Source of the DNA: Balanoglossus misakiensis
Taxonomy: Eukaryota > Animalia > Hemichordata
NCBI GenBank assembly: GCA_040954595.2
Contig: CM082581.2
Location: 12,522,286 to 12,586,285 of the forward strand
Length of the DNA: 64,000 bases
Reading direction: 5' to 3'
In this document: in pieces, positions 46,401 to 59,100 of the stretch
Position numbering within the stretch: position 1 is the first letter of the stretch
Layout: every line of letters begins with the position of its first letter
Notes under the pieces: model-generated
What the model was told of the DNA's origin: nothing
The model's input: the letters and a program-made list of their open reading frames with translations, nothing else
The model's database searches: none
Position numbers and translations under genes: made by a program

Positions 46401-47333
46401 GACGTCAGTTGCGGAAGGATCACAGGTGGGACTTGGCACAGCTGTTGGAGAGGGAAGAAAAGGAGAAGTTCTTCCAAGAGCACATTGACGCCTTGAGTAA
46501 ACGCAAGAAGGAGCAGTTCAAGCAGTTGCTGGATGAAACACAGGTATGGTGAGATTGTACATCATGGTGGTCAGGTGTGTGGTACTCTGGTGTGTGAGAA
46601 AGTGTTGGTCAGGTGGAGTGATGTTGAAGGTGGTGACCAGCTGTGTAAAATTGACAGTGCTTGTCACATTGGGTGAATTTGTTTCTGTGTTTTTTTTAGA
46701 TAAATATGACTGCTACCTGGAAAGAAGCCAGAAGGCAAATAAAAGACGACCCGAGATTTATCAAGTTTTCATCAAGCGATAGGGTAAGTTTCTAAATGGA
46801 TGGGATGTATAGTATTACAAGTGTTATCAGCAAATTGCTTGGTACTGATTCTTGATTTTGAGATGATATTAACTTCATGAACTCTGTCATTCTTTTCACA
46901 GAAAAGAGAGCGCGAGTTCAATGACTACCTGCGTGAGAAGTTCATCGCTGCCAAAGCAGACTTTAGGACTCTACTGAAGGAAACCAAATTTATTACTTAC
47001 AAGTAAGTTCATTGTATTTGTTGGTGGGATTTCGTTGAGGTGTGATCAGGTGATGCGTTTGCAGATCAGACAATTTGTTCTTCTTTTGACATTTTATCTT
47101 ATTGCGGTGTTTCTTCTTTCAACAGATCACATCAGCTGATCAGAGACACTGAAGGGCACCACTTGGCAGACATCGAACAGATCTTGCAGAAGGACAAACG
47201 ATACATCGTGCTGGAGTGTGTTCCGGACGAGCGGAAAAAACTCTTGGTGTCATACATAGAGGACTTGTCTTCGAAAGGTCCCCCGCCGCCGCCCACAGCA
47301 TCAGAACCGTCTCGACGCAGTGTGACGAAGTGA
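40466..47333 (+). CDS. TCERG1: Transcription elongation regulator 1 (three WW domains and FF repeats), multi-exon
   Basis: Pro-rich N-terminus with [12 protein letters not shown]1 ([10 protein letters not shown]|[16 protein letters not shown]), WW2 ([26 protein letters not shown]), WW3, [21 protein letters not shown]-terminus [18 protein letters not shown]. The first exon is ambiguous (ATG 40466 or 40708). Confidence 0.95.
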
Positions 47334-48242
47334 ACAAATATCACCATTGTGCATCAGAAATGATGTGCATCAGCCGTCAGAAATAAACACCTGACATCAG
47401 AAGGAAACGTGAGGACATCAGTTTGGCATATTATGATGTTTGTCACATATCCAAGTCCTCTGCCTATTGAACTGTCAGGGAAATATTTTGAGACGGGGCC
47501 TCGTCTCACCCCAGTGTTTTAAAAATTGCGAGTTGTAAAGTTCCTAGATTACAGTAAAGTTCAGATAGTTTAAAACCTTTAGGTACGATGTCCCAGAAAA
47601 AAAGTAATCATGGGAGTTGTTGAAAAACAAGTCATACCTGGAGCATATGTGCAACCTTTGAATGACCTTACATTCTGGTGTAATCATTGGTTCAAGTCCA
47701 ACCTGAATTTCTACTGTAACTAATCATAGATGAAAATTTATGCTAATTTTGCTGCCAATAGAATACTTTAAGAGTGAAATTCTGATAAAACCATACATCG
47801 TACCAAAACAGTAAAAGTGGAATTCTGATGCCCATAAGATTTGTAGAGCACCCATACACAGCTGAATTTTTTAAACTTCATATTGTTCCTGTTCTGTTGT
47901 TTATCCACCAAAGATATTTTATTGATCTCTACACATCACATCAAGTACTAGTACTTTCAATGTATAGAGCTCAGCCTTTTTTCTTTTGCATATTAAAATG
48001 AAAAGAAATGTCCAGAAATATGTTCTTTAAGTTTTATTTTTTTTATAACGGATATGTACATGACGTGTTCTACGGAAAAAAAGCAGTCAAGCTCTTGGTT
48101 TTCTCCTTCCAAGGGTTGTCAGAGAGAGTTTTAATCAATAAAACAAGTATTTTATGTTTGCAAAAGGCATTCAGAGATAACATATATTTGACCCACAAGA
48201 GGTCCAAATATTGTCACATTGTGCGTGAAAAACTCTTTATCT

Positions 48243-50550
48243 CTAAGTTTCTTTTTTATCCGATGCTTGTTTCTTCTGCGTGTAGATGATGTGTCCGCCA
48301 TGTCCTTCATGAGAGGGCTCGTAGCCATTTTCTTGCAGTTTCATGGACGGGCAGCTTTGGGGTCTCTCACCAGTGAATGTATCCTGGTACGTGGTGTGCA
48401 GCTCCATGGCAGCAGATGACGAATTCGGTCGCTGTTTGGGCTTGATCATCACAGCCGCAGGGCTGTACTCGCCCTTGTAGTGTGCCTGGCACGTTGATTC
48501 TGCGACAAACTTGACCTTCGGAGGCTCGTAGATCTGCGACTCTTTGTACGACTTGGCAGGTCGGACGCCCTTCCATTCGACGAACTCCTTCCCGTACTGT
48601 GTGGTTCCACCAAACGGTATGCGGTACTGGACTTTGAGGGAGCCCTCGTTGATGTAGGGCTCCGGGCGACAACTGCCTGTCACACCTGGGTTAAACAGGC
48701 TATGTGGGTCCACGTAGTTGTGCTGGTATGATGTCCTGTGGTTGAAGCCTGCAATGGGCGAGCTGTAAGGGACCCTTTGAGCCCATGGGTATATTTCTTT
48801 CTTCTGCACAGGCCATGCCTGGTACGCCATTGCCTGGATGGTCTGGTCATCGAACTTCACACCTAAAGCAGATTTGAAACAAAATTGGGGAATTTCATTT
48901 TACAATCCTAGTATTGGTCCACCATCGGTGGCTATACCAGTAGTCGATTGATTTGAGCAATGAGCCAAAAGGTGATTTAAACTTACTTGAAGGTTCATAC
49001 TTTTGCTCTGGTTTGAAGCTAGCCTCTCGTCTGTGGTTCTTGTGTTCACCGAAGTCTTTCATGAACGTTGTAACACCCTCGAACTTGACCTTTTTCGGTT
49101 CGTATTCTTTCTTTGGTGGCGGTGGTGGAGGGGTGACACATTTGGGCGTGTAGTCGGTTTTGTGAGTCGTGGTATCATCGAACGGCTGGTCGGAGGTGTG
49201 CTTGTTCTCCGTGGGTTTTATGGCCTGTTGGCGGGGCACGTCAGTGTGCGCCTTGAAGTCATCCTAAAGGGCAAAAATAAAAATTGAGATTGGTGATAAG
49301 TACATAAAACTCCCAACACAGGTAAGGTTGTCGAGAGGCTGGTAGACCGAGACCTGATTCGGATTGGCCGGCTGTGATAGCAAACTAAAACAGTACAAAC
49401 TTGAATACACTTGAAAGTACCTGGACAGTAGAAACGAGCTGATACTTGTTATTGCCATTGATATTAGCAACTGCGTTCTCTTGTGGTTTAACCGACGCGG
49501 GCTTGCTGCTTTCAATCTCCGAGGCCGAAAACTCTCGGAAAGTCAGCTGGTGGACAGTCTTGTGATCAAACGCAGGCGGCTTTGACCGCAGCTGTTGCGG
49601 TTTGAAAGGCTCTGGCGGAGTCCCTCCTCGATATTTGAACGCTGCTCCATAACTGGTTGACGTGTCCATCTTGATACTCGGATGCCTATATTCCTCTTTC
49701 TTACGTTTGAGTCTCTCTTGCACCTGGACGAGGATCAAATATCGATCAAAATAGGTGTGTGTTAAACGAAAGTGAACAGTGGCGAAAGTATTCCACAGGT
49801 AACAAATTTAGAGATTGGAAAATGGAAGCATCTACAGAGGTACCCTTTACTTCGCGACGTACCTCATGTTTAACATAAGTTGTTTGGTAATATGTCTTTG
49901 TCTGCATCGGTGTCCTGGCCGTCAAGCTCGATCGACTTCTTGGTCTCACCATTTCTGGGCGGGGCTGATGCGGCCATCGCTTGAACTCCTATAGAGTGGG
50001 ATGAAAATTCAAATTGTGGAAAAGGTAAGCAAGAGAGATAGAGAGACGCCAGAAAGGTAGAAGTGCACATAACGGAGTCTGCACTAAACCAATGTTGGAA
50101 CTAAAAAAATCGTTTTGATAGCTACTCACGTGTTTATACTCAGATAAGATGCATTCGGATATTTTGATTGGTGTAACGCCGATGCTGCCCTTGTTGTGGG
50201 GACAACGGTGTCGGCTGGAATGAAGAAGAAAAAAAATGTTAAAGTGTTATTGCAGGTAGGCCAAACTGTCGTAGAGGGTGACTTTCTTGTCGCAGGTGGA
50301 AGATAAAGGTTTTTGAAAGTGTAGAGCTAGGCATTATGAAGTTTGTGTTTCTATAAATCATGTATTTCTTCCAGTTATGAGTTGTTATATTATCTGTTTG
50401 TACGCTCTATTGCGTACCAAAAAACCCGAGCCTCAAACATGCTCGTATACGGCTTCGAGTGTAGTGTTCAGATTCTATCGGTCATTTACAAAAACGCAAA
50501 AATGCTACTTACCCACAAGTGCAGATCTCACAAATACACTTCCTTGTCAT
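48243..50550 (-). CDS. Stabilizer of axonemal microtubules (SAXO/FAM154 family)
   Basis: First exon MTRKCICEICTCG (50550 to ~50513) splices to RHRCPH. Repeated Mn-like modules follow (TTHKTDY, TTFMKDF, STCQAHY, TTYQDTF). The paralog cannot be resolved. Confidence 0.85.
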
Positions 50551-50705
50551 TTCTGCCACTAACAGTTATGTTAGCTTGAACGAGTTTGCGCGTTTTTAGG
50601 ATTTTTGATAGATGCTTTTGTGCATTCGCAGTCTGCGAGGGAACCTGCGTTGTCATTTGTTACGGATTCGAACTTTTCCCCCAAGAACTTTTTGCGCGTC
50701 GCCGC

Positions 50706-50718
50706 GTACCATGGGAAC
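50706..50718. promoter_or_regulatory. X-box-like element upstream of SAXO
   Basis: GTACCATGGGAAC ~155 bp upstream of the SAXO ATG in a CpG-rich patch. Confidence 0.45.
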
Positions 50719-51486
50719 GCGTGCATGCCCCGGATGAGAGAGCATTCGCAGGGCGGCCTCGCAGGATCACACAGCTGCGCGAGCGATTGTTCGCGTGCTT
50801 AGTCACGTGAGACGCGGTGTTCAGCGAAGTTTGTATTTAGCCGATCATCATGATCATGTTCGCTATCAAGTCGAACCAGGAAAGGCTTACAAGATGTGTT
50901 AGTATTTTTTACAAATAATAACAAGAAGCGAGCTCGGTTTCCAATATTTCGCCTCCCCCCCCCCCCCCGTTCCTGCGTTCACAGGAAAGTCATATTATGT
51001 CGATACATGTATATCAGTGTCAGGCTTTTTCATTTATCTGCATGTGATATCAGTGTAAAGCGGCAGAATGGACATTCTTTTCATTTAATTTCCGCGTGAC
51101 GTGGAGATATAAATCAGGTGATAGTTGTTTAGGCTTAAATAAGACGACACTCTCAGTAAACAGTTTTGGGCGGACACAAAACTGAGGTAAACTTTGACCT
51201 CGTCGACTTCAATTTTTCAACTAGGGCGACAATAACTGACAGTACTTCTGTTGAGACTGTCAGGGGTGGGGAAATTGAAGAGCGACCTGTCGCACATGCC
51301 AAAATGACAGATGCGGTTTGGACACACAAACCATTGTGACGCAGTCTGACTTGAACATTTGGCCAGGTGCGAAAGCTTTTCATGCAGCTTGAGACTGTGT
51401 ACATCTGATTGGACACACCGACTCGGTTCTTTCAAGGTGCAGTGTCTCTGAGAATTCAAGACAAGTGACGTCGAAATAGAAACGAT

Positions 51487-53195
51487 ATGGAAGGCAAAAA
51501 GTCAGGTAAATACGTGTCATAACAGCGTGGCCCCAAAACTGGCTGCTGCTCCGGGAGTAAGTGTGAATCGCTTGGCAGATTTGTGTGAAATTTCTGATGT
51601 ATTAGGGGCCTAGATAAACTGACCGGTGCAGTGCGGTGTATCTTGTTGAGGTTCAAATTCTACAGGGACACAAGCAAATGAAATTCAAATTCAAAATTTA
51701 ACATAACATTTCTTAATTATCTTGACCGCCATTTTTCTGAAAATCTGTTCCCCTATAGGTTTACGTACATGTACAAGGAAACGAGTATTTCGCAATATTG
51801 GTGCGTGTTTTGAATATCAGACCACGTAGTCTGACACACTGTGTGTTTAACTGACAGGCAAGATAGCTGACAGGCGATTGGTTTATTGTTCACTCGACTG
51901 TTAGACAGAAAGCAGGAAGTTGTATCCAGGGTCAGTTATTGACATACTGAGAAATTAAATTAGATTTAGCGAGATTTGGCTAATTACTGTTGCCATTTTT
52001 GTCCTAACCTTTGTACCGTTTAACACGACATTGGCCATGTGTTGTTTGTCCTGTGTCACGTGAGCGTGTCCTCCCACAAACTAGTCGCGCGAGATCTCGC
52101 GGGGTCTCGTCGAGTTCGGAAAATGGTCTATTTATTAATATGTTGTTGTCAACAGACACCGTGGAACTGTTAAATGACACTCCGCCACCCTATTGTGATC
52201 CAGAAGGGCATCCACAACAAGGAGGGCAGCCACAACAAGGAGGGTATCCACATCATGGAGGGCAACCACAACAAGGAGGGTATCAACAGCATGGAGGGTA
52301 TCCACAGCATGGAGGGTATCCACAACATGGAGGGCAACCACAACAAGGAGGATATCCACAACCTGGAGGGTATCCAACAGCAGCGGCGAATTCAGCACAG
52401 AATCCACAGACTATGTATCCACCGCCGCCACAACACATTCATTCGTCGTCAACCAACGTGGTGGTAATAAAACATGATTAATAGTCTCTCTTGCTGAAAT
52501 AATTAGAAAAAAATGCCCGTGCTTGCCAAAATGATAGCAATGTCAGCCTGCTAAAACAGTAGGAATTCCTCGATTCCTCCGTGCTACCCCCTCTCGTTAT
52601 AAATGAAAGCCCCCTGATCACGATACATAGTATTCCAGTCGTCCGATCTGTCACTTCAGGAATTTTCTTCTCATACCCACCAGGTTGCCTCATCGCCAAG
52701 TAATACCATGATATTACGAGACACTGGACCAGGTTTCATAGTTCTCGATGTTGTCGCATTGGTACTCGCCATTCTAGGTCTGTTTTGCCTGTCTCCGTTT
52801 AGTGTTGTCGGAATCATCCTGTCTTCTGTCGTAAGTAAACCTACATATATTAATCGGAATGCCTATTTCATTTGTACCGCTACCTGTGGTGTGCTAACAA
52901 GGTGTAGTGTGTACTCCCAAACAAGTTGCGGAGTATTTTCGTGGTGCTTTGAACGAGGCTTGGTCCGCGCAACCACTCCAAAATATCCTTTGCTTTCATT
53001 TTACGCACATGTATATTTTTAATGTTTATTCCGTTCCAGGCGATGTGTTACCGAGGCGATGGCAACCAACAAACCGCAAATGCGCTCACCAAGGCCTCTC
53101 TCGCCATGTCAATCACCACTCTAGTCTGCATCGTGATTGGTATCATCCTCCTCGCCGTCTTAACTGCTGGTGTAGAAAGTGCCTCCTCCTACTGA
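51487..53195 (+). CDS. CD225/dispanin-like membrane protein (PRRT/IFITM-type topology) with Gly/Tyr/Pro/Gln/His repeats, 4 exons (approx. 51487-51505, 52156-52463, 52685-52830, 53040-53195)
   Basis: In-phase splicing gives [22 protein letters not shown]-(repeats)-...[71 protein letters not shown]. This is a hydrophobic hairpin with Cys, a short loop and a C-terminal TM helix. Confidence 0.7.
52203..52379 (+). repeat. Coding 18-bp tandem repeat, ~10 units (GG[YQ]P[QH][QH])
   Basis: GGAGGGTATCCACAGCAT-type units are directly visible. Confidence 0.9.
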
Positions 53196-54977
53196 GAACT
53201 ACCGATGACGTCATACATGCATGGTTTTGAAAGCCAAACGGACACACACGTGTCCTTAATAATTGCGCATAAACAAGAATAAATAAGAATTTTCAATGAA
53301 CGCTCAATTAAATCAACATAATCGGGGAATGTTTCTTTATTAAACAAGAAGATGTAACAGTCATTGTTTCTTGTCCTTGTTTTCTTCTCTAATACAATTT
53401 CAGTTATTTTTGATATACGAAATTCACACTTTTCGGATGTTTAGGTGCGGCGTCCTCTAGTGTTGAACCATCTTTCGCCGCCGAAAGCCGTTATGAATAG
53501 ACGGTGATGTAATTGTAAGCAGTGCATCTGTCTAATTTGACTATTACCACATTCCTTGTTAATTATCTTTTGTCACCTGTGGTATGGGCCAATCAAAGAT
53601 GACGTGACATCCAAGGCAAAACAAAAGAGATAATTACTATCACATGCGGCTGTCATGTCCGTCCGACGGTCTGAGATTTTTCGCAGAGCTAAGAGCTGTC
53701 GCCGACTAACGTGAAAGCCCGTCAACCAACCGATTTCGTTCATAGTCCACAAGCTTACATGAGAAATACGAGAAGTCAGGACAGTTTTTACAGTTCCATC
53801 CCAAAAGGACACCAAGGGTCAACTGTGGAGATGGCAGCTGAGTGATTTGGTACCGCTCCTCGTGTTGGCAATGGACGTCATTGCCGGTACTTGATACATT
53901 ACTTCAAGTAAGTGTTCTGTGTCTTTACTTGCCACGAATTTCTTGGCTTTGCAGTCACTCTACAGGATTCATCTAAACAACATTACACCAAGTATAATTC
54001 TTCCCCCCTCCCAACGCCGACAAAATGGCTGCCATCTAACTGCTTTGCATTGGAAAAGTCACGCCGTGTTTCAACTATTGTTTACAGAGCATTCTTCACA
54101 AACCCGGAATATTGTAGGCTGGAAAAGCTGGCTGACACTTGTTGCTTTGAAAAGGAACTGTACACAAGGTATATTCATCCGCAAAGAACAATCACCATTA
54201 AAGGTAAGTCTCTTTCTTTAAGTGTTCATCGTTGAAATGTACTCTGGGAGTTTCCGCTCCATGCAATGCGCAGCGTTCGCAACATCGAGAGGGTTTTACA
54301 TGCAACCATAACATGACGCACATGCCGGATTTTGTCTCATCCATGCTGGTATTTATGAGTAGCGTTTTGTTCAAACGGTTTGTTGAAGAGCGCCCTCTGA
54401 GGCTCTGTCACAGTTTGTAGTTATTCTTCAAGTGCACACGTCGACTTCAATGCAATACATATAAAATTGTTTAGAAACGGTGAAGTTGTTTTCCCGTTGC
54501 TCGTGCCGAACTCATTTGTAGCGGATAAGTCGAGACAGCTGTCCGTGACTGACCGTGATAAATGGTTTTATTGGTCCCTGATCTCCGAGATCTTTAAATA
54601 TTAAAAAATAGCTATTCGAAGCATGTGAAATTGTATCGACTGTCGACCGAAATACTTTTCGCATAAACTATGCTCAGCTATGCTCTTGGCTCCAGTTATA
54701 TGTTGCTATACGGTATACTTTAATTTTTTGATTATATACTCTGGTCATGGCAATGCCTTTAGTTATACTTATCTGGAAATCCATGCAAATTACATTGACG
54801 CAAGTGTCTCTCGGCACGTATTAAGTTCAGAATCTGAAATTTGCTATGCGGCACGACAAGCACACGGCACCGGGTTAAATCAATGCGGTCGCGGAGAGCA
54901 AGCTCATAAGGCGAACACGAACACACGGCCTTCTATCGCTTCAGACAAACATTCGTTGTAATTTCCTTATTACGGAA

Positions 54978-56109
54978 CAAGGGACCTTGCAGTAATGTAT
55001 GCGGGGGGGGGGGGGGCAAAGGAATTTGAGGCATGGATGCCGACTGAGATATGCCGCTTTCTTCATGTGTAGCTAGGATAGGATTTTGTAAGATTAAAAA
55101 TCACAAACACAGCAACGTTGAACGCAAATTTAACACGTTCTTAATGATTATTCTTTAGCCAAAAGATGTCGTTGAAAATAACTGGGTTTTGATTATTTGA
55201 TGAGCAGGTGAAATTCCGTAGCGGGTAATTTGCTTCAAGTCAGCCAGCCCAGAGATCACTGCTTAGTTGTAAATTGTAGCGTTGCCACTGGAGACGGGCG
55301 CATCTACGGTGACTGGTCATATCTGCCGCAGTAACGAGTGTGACCTCCAAGTCATCCCAGATACGCTCACCGCCAGTGGTAATGATGGTGCAAATCATAT
55401 CCGAGAAAGCTATGCTGTGATTTCTATCTTGCGAGTGGGATGTGGACGTCTGAAGGTTGTATTTGCAAAGGGGCGGTAAAACATAGTGTATCGTAAATTT
55501 AAACATAACTAACCTGGGTAATGGATTACTTCCATACATCCGCGAGGAGAAACACGCCGGTAAAAAACACATACACGTGTACAAGGTGTAACTGGGCAGA
55601 CTCAACACATTGTGGATAACGAGCATCCTTTAATAGGACATTGTTGTGTTAGGTTGTACATGTATTCACTATGTCAGAAACTGAGCTAAAATATTGCTGG
55701 CAATTCTTCATGGCATTCGTGCATGGTTTAATCGATCGTCTGGATCACTTCAGGTTTAATGATGTTGGTTGTACATGTATCTTCTGCGAAATAATGAGTG
55801 AACTACTACACGGAACAAATATGGTTCAAAGAACAAACTTAATGATCAAAGAACTGATTATGGCCATTTTGGCAATCTCCTAACAAGTAACAAGAGGCTG
55901 TTCTTAGGCCACACTACCTTCTTGTTGAAAGTATAGGAAATGGGGTAATTTATACTTCAATTTTTCAAGTGTAGAATGTGAAGTAACAAAACAAAATGTT
56001 GCTATTTATCCCCGTGTAAACGTTTGGAGTTATATTTTTAAATGCCCCTACACAGCCTTTCCATTCCCGTAGTTTACCCCCTGTCCTTTGATTACTGAAA
56101 ACTCCCTTA
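54978..56109. mobile_element. Possible degenerate TIR element (Harbinger-style AAGGGA...CAGTAAT ends)
   Basis: Left end AAGGGACCTTGCAGTAATG followed by a G-run. Right end is a C-run followed by ATTACTGAAAACTCCCTTA. A similar solitary left end lies at ~60326. Identity between the ends is low. Confidence 0.3.
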
Positions 56110-59100
56110 CTGCAAGCCCCCTAAATAGCGACGGATGTTAAAGTGTTCAGAAAGTGGCGGACTGATTGCAGCATTAATGATTGCGGCATTGATGGACTGC
56201 TCGTGACTTGAATCACCGCGAAAATAAAGCGCCTTTCTTTCTCTTTCTCTCTCTCGCCGCCCGAGATTTGGCGAGGTTTCCGTCGATGGCCGCTACCCAG
56301 TCATCAAAACGATTTATAAACCCCTGTTATCGTCCCACCGCCAATTAAATAATAGTGTTTTCCATCGGTGTCACTATCCTTCCATTGAAACGCTTTGTAC
56401 TTCAGTTAACGTCTCTGTCCCCGAGAATATCACAAGACTTCTCCCAACTGTGCGCGAGGGTAAATCAGTACATCAATACGTTCTCAGTGGCACCGCCGAT
56501 ATGCCTTATGCATCGATGCAACGAACGTATAGCACTATACGTTACGACGCCTCCGCCCATCGGGGGGCAATCGTAAACCTCGATTGCCGTCATCTAACGC
56601 TCACGCTCCTGATATAAAGCGTCGCCCGATTCCAAATGTCAGTTTATAGGGAAATTCGTAAAGGGATACTGGCACGTTTAAAGACCTTCGCAGCGCGATC
56701 CAAAAAGCGGTTCTGATGGAGATGCCAGGTATAATCGCTGTCTTATCTCTTAAGTGTGGCGTTAACCATTTTGTACACAGAAGCCGCGTAATTAATACTT
56801 TTGTGCTGAGCGGGACTGACTATCAAAAGTTGACTATAGTATATTGCCATTTCATTGGTTTTGAAACGAACTTAGATAACATTCTCTTGGGAGAAGGTAA
56901 AATGAGAGTAATCATCACCCGTCCTTTCGGGAAACAACAAATCATAAACATCCAATGTGACAATTAAACTTCAAGTCAGTGGCGTAGCTAACGATGACGT
57001 ACAGCCACAAATAAATACTCAAAATGTTTAATACCGAAGCTACACGAGATTACTTACGCGAAAACGTGCATTTACGCTCATAGTCACAAGACAGTACAGA
57101 CGTCAAAGGTCATATACACTCTCACGGTCGAATACATGCATGGAGGCACGCACACGCACATGCACGCACGCACAAACACACACATGTATGGGACTGGGTT
57201 GAATACGTGTCACCGTTTGATCTCTACGGATTGGATACAGATTGAGCATCTACAAGTTCATGTGAGCAGGGCTGTTGGCGAGTTCACTTCCGTGGTAGAG
57301 CGTGTAATATGTCTTCAGTAAAGGGCCCTCCTTAATCAAGTGTGTTGCTTGTCACACGTAAACAGAGTGTTAGGATGATCCATGAGTTGCGATTGTGTTC
57401 CCAGGAGTTGAACAAAACAGGTCACCTAGACAGGGCTATCAATCGATGAAAACACGATGATGGTTGTTGAAGCGAACCCGTAATTATCGTGCAACAATTT
57501 ATTTTACGATTGGGTGTTATCTTCGTTGCATTGCCGGCCGTGACGTACGTATACGTTAAGCGCGATTTCTACCCGACCCCCACGCAGACCGCCAATGTTT
57601 GCAAACACTAAACAGCCTGCGTGGAAGAAATGAAATCACGAGTACATCGACCTTAAGAACATCAGCTCTACAGGCTCATCATCATCATCGAAAATGAATG
57701 ATATGATCACAGACAATCACTTTAACGTTGTCTTGCCTATCGAGGCCTTCCATTTCCAATGCAATCTGAAATTATCCAATTTTGGCACAAAGCAAGGTCA
57801 GTAGCGCAACGCAGGCGGAAAAAAATATTAATATAATTACGGCTTTGAGAAGAACTGCCCCCATTTGACGCATTGATACACGCCATTCATTTTGATTAGG
57901 AAAGGTATTTTTCTGTCGAAGGACATGAAAGGTAATTTCATGCAGCGTCGATACGTAAGCATCCTACAGCGATTCGTCAGCGAGACGCTGCTTGATTGCG
58001 TATTTAATCTTCATTTTCACGGCGAAAGATTGTTCCCATAAAAGCCAAAGAAAGCAATTTTCACCGTTGGTTGGCAATATCAACACGTATTACTTCTCTA
58101 CTATGTGACTTAGCAAAAGGTCAATAAATAACTCGGAAACTCTCACCATTGTTCGCGTGGAAATCATTCATCATCGGCGGGGAGATGTGTTCGCAGTGGA
58201 CGTGAAATTATGAATTGACACCGTGGGAAAATATGATTCTTCGAACTCGCCATAACACCGGGAAGGGGATCCGATAAATCAGTTAGAGATAATTCTGAGA
58301 GTTTGTATGAGTAGTAGAGGCGAGAAAAAAGTACAAGACGTTTGCGATGTCAGTATTCTGACGTGAATCAAAACGCAGTCTGAGGTCAGTGTCACATACC
58401 CTGAGGAAAAAATGTTCACAGTCATGGGAATGGCGTCAGTGATGGCCATTAATGTCTCTCAGTGTCCCGTGTCAACATACTTTGTAATAATTTTGCATAT
58501 TTGCATATGTAGTTCTTTTTACCAGATTAACTGAATTTTTTTTGAGAATTAGAGTGTCACGGTACTCTTAAATATTGCGACAGATCTCACCCCGTTCTCT
58601 CCCCTCCCTTCTCAACCCCCTCTCTTAGCTTTTGGCAAGTGTAAATATGGCCCAATTAAATATGGTTACTAGTAACCGTTCCTTACACAGCATAGTTTGC
58701 CTGCCTCCAAACCAGAAATCAATCGAATACTGACTTCTTCCGAGCCAAGTGCGACAGTCCCCCCCGCCTCCCCAAGAGATGGTATAATCGGCCTTACATT
58801 CGTCGCACCGGGGGTTTTAACGTTTGGAGGTCAGCCCATTAATGGGTGACACGTCGTTTGTAGCAATGCATGGGATCTGGGTCGAGTTGAACGGCGTTAA
58901 AGCCGGGATGGTGTCAGAGATATCTATATCTCGCGATGAGATGAAATATTCCAGACACGACAAAACTGTGGTCACATTTCCACGAAGTGTCTAAAATAGG
59001 TGTAAAATATGTATTTATTTATTTGTATATATGTGTATGCGGGTACAGACTAGATGAATTCAAATGTTCAATTATTATAGCCCCTAAACCTAATAAGCAA

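Noticed and set aside
51856-51875. miR-31-like AGGCAAGAT
   Set aside because: Seed-length match only, with no precursor hairpin.
52203-52379. Regularly spaced repeats considered as a CRISPR-like array
   Set aside because: They are contiguous 18-bp coding units without unique spacers, in a eukaryotic context with no cas genes.
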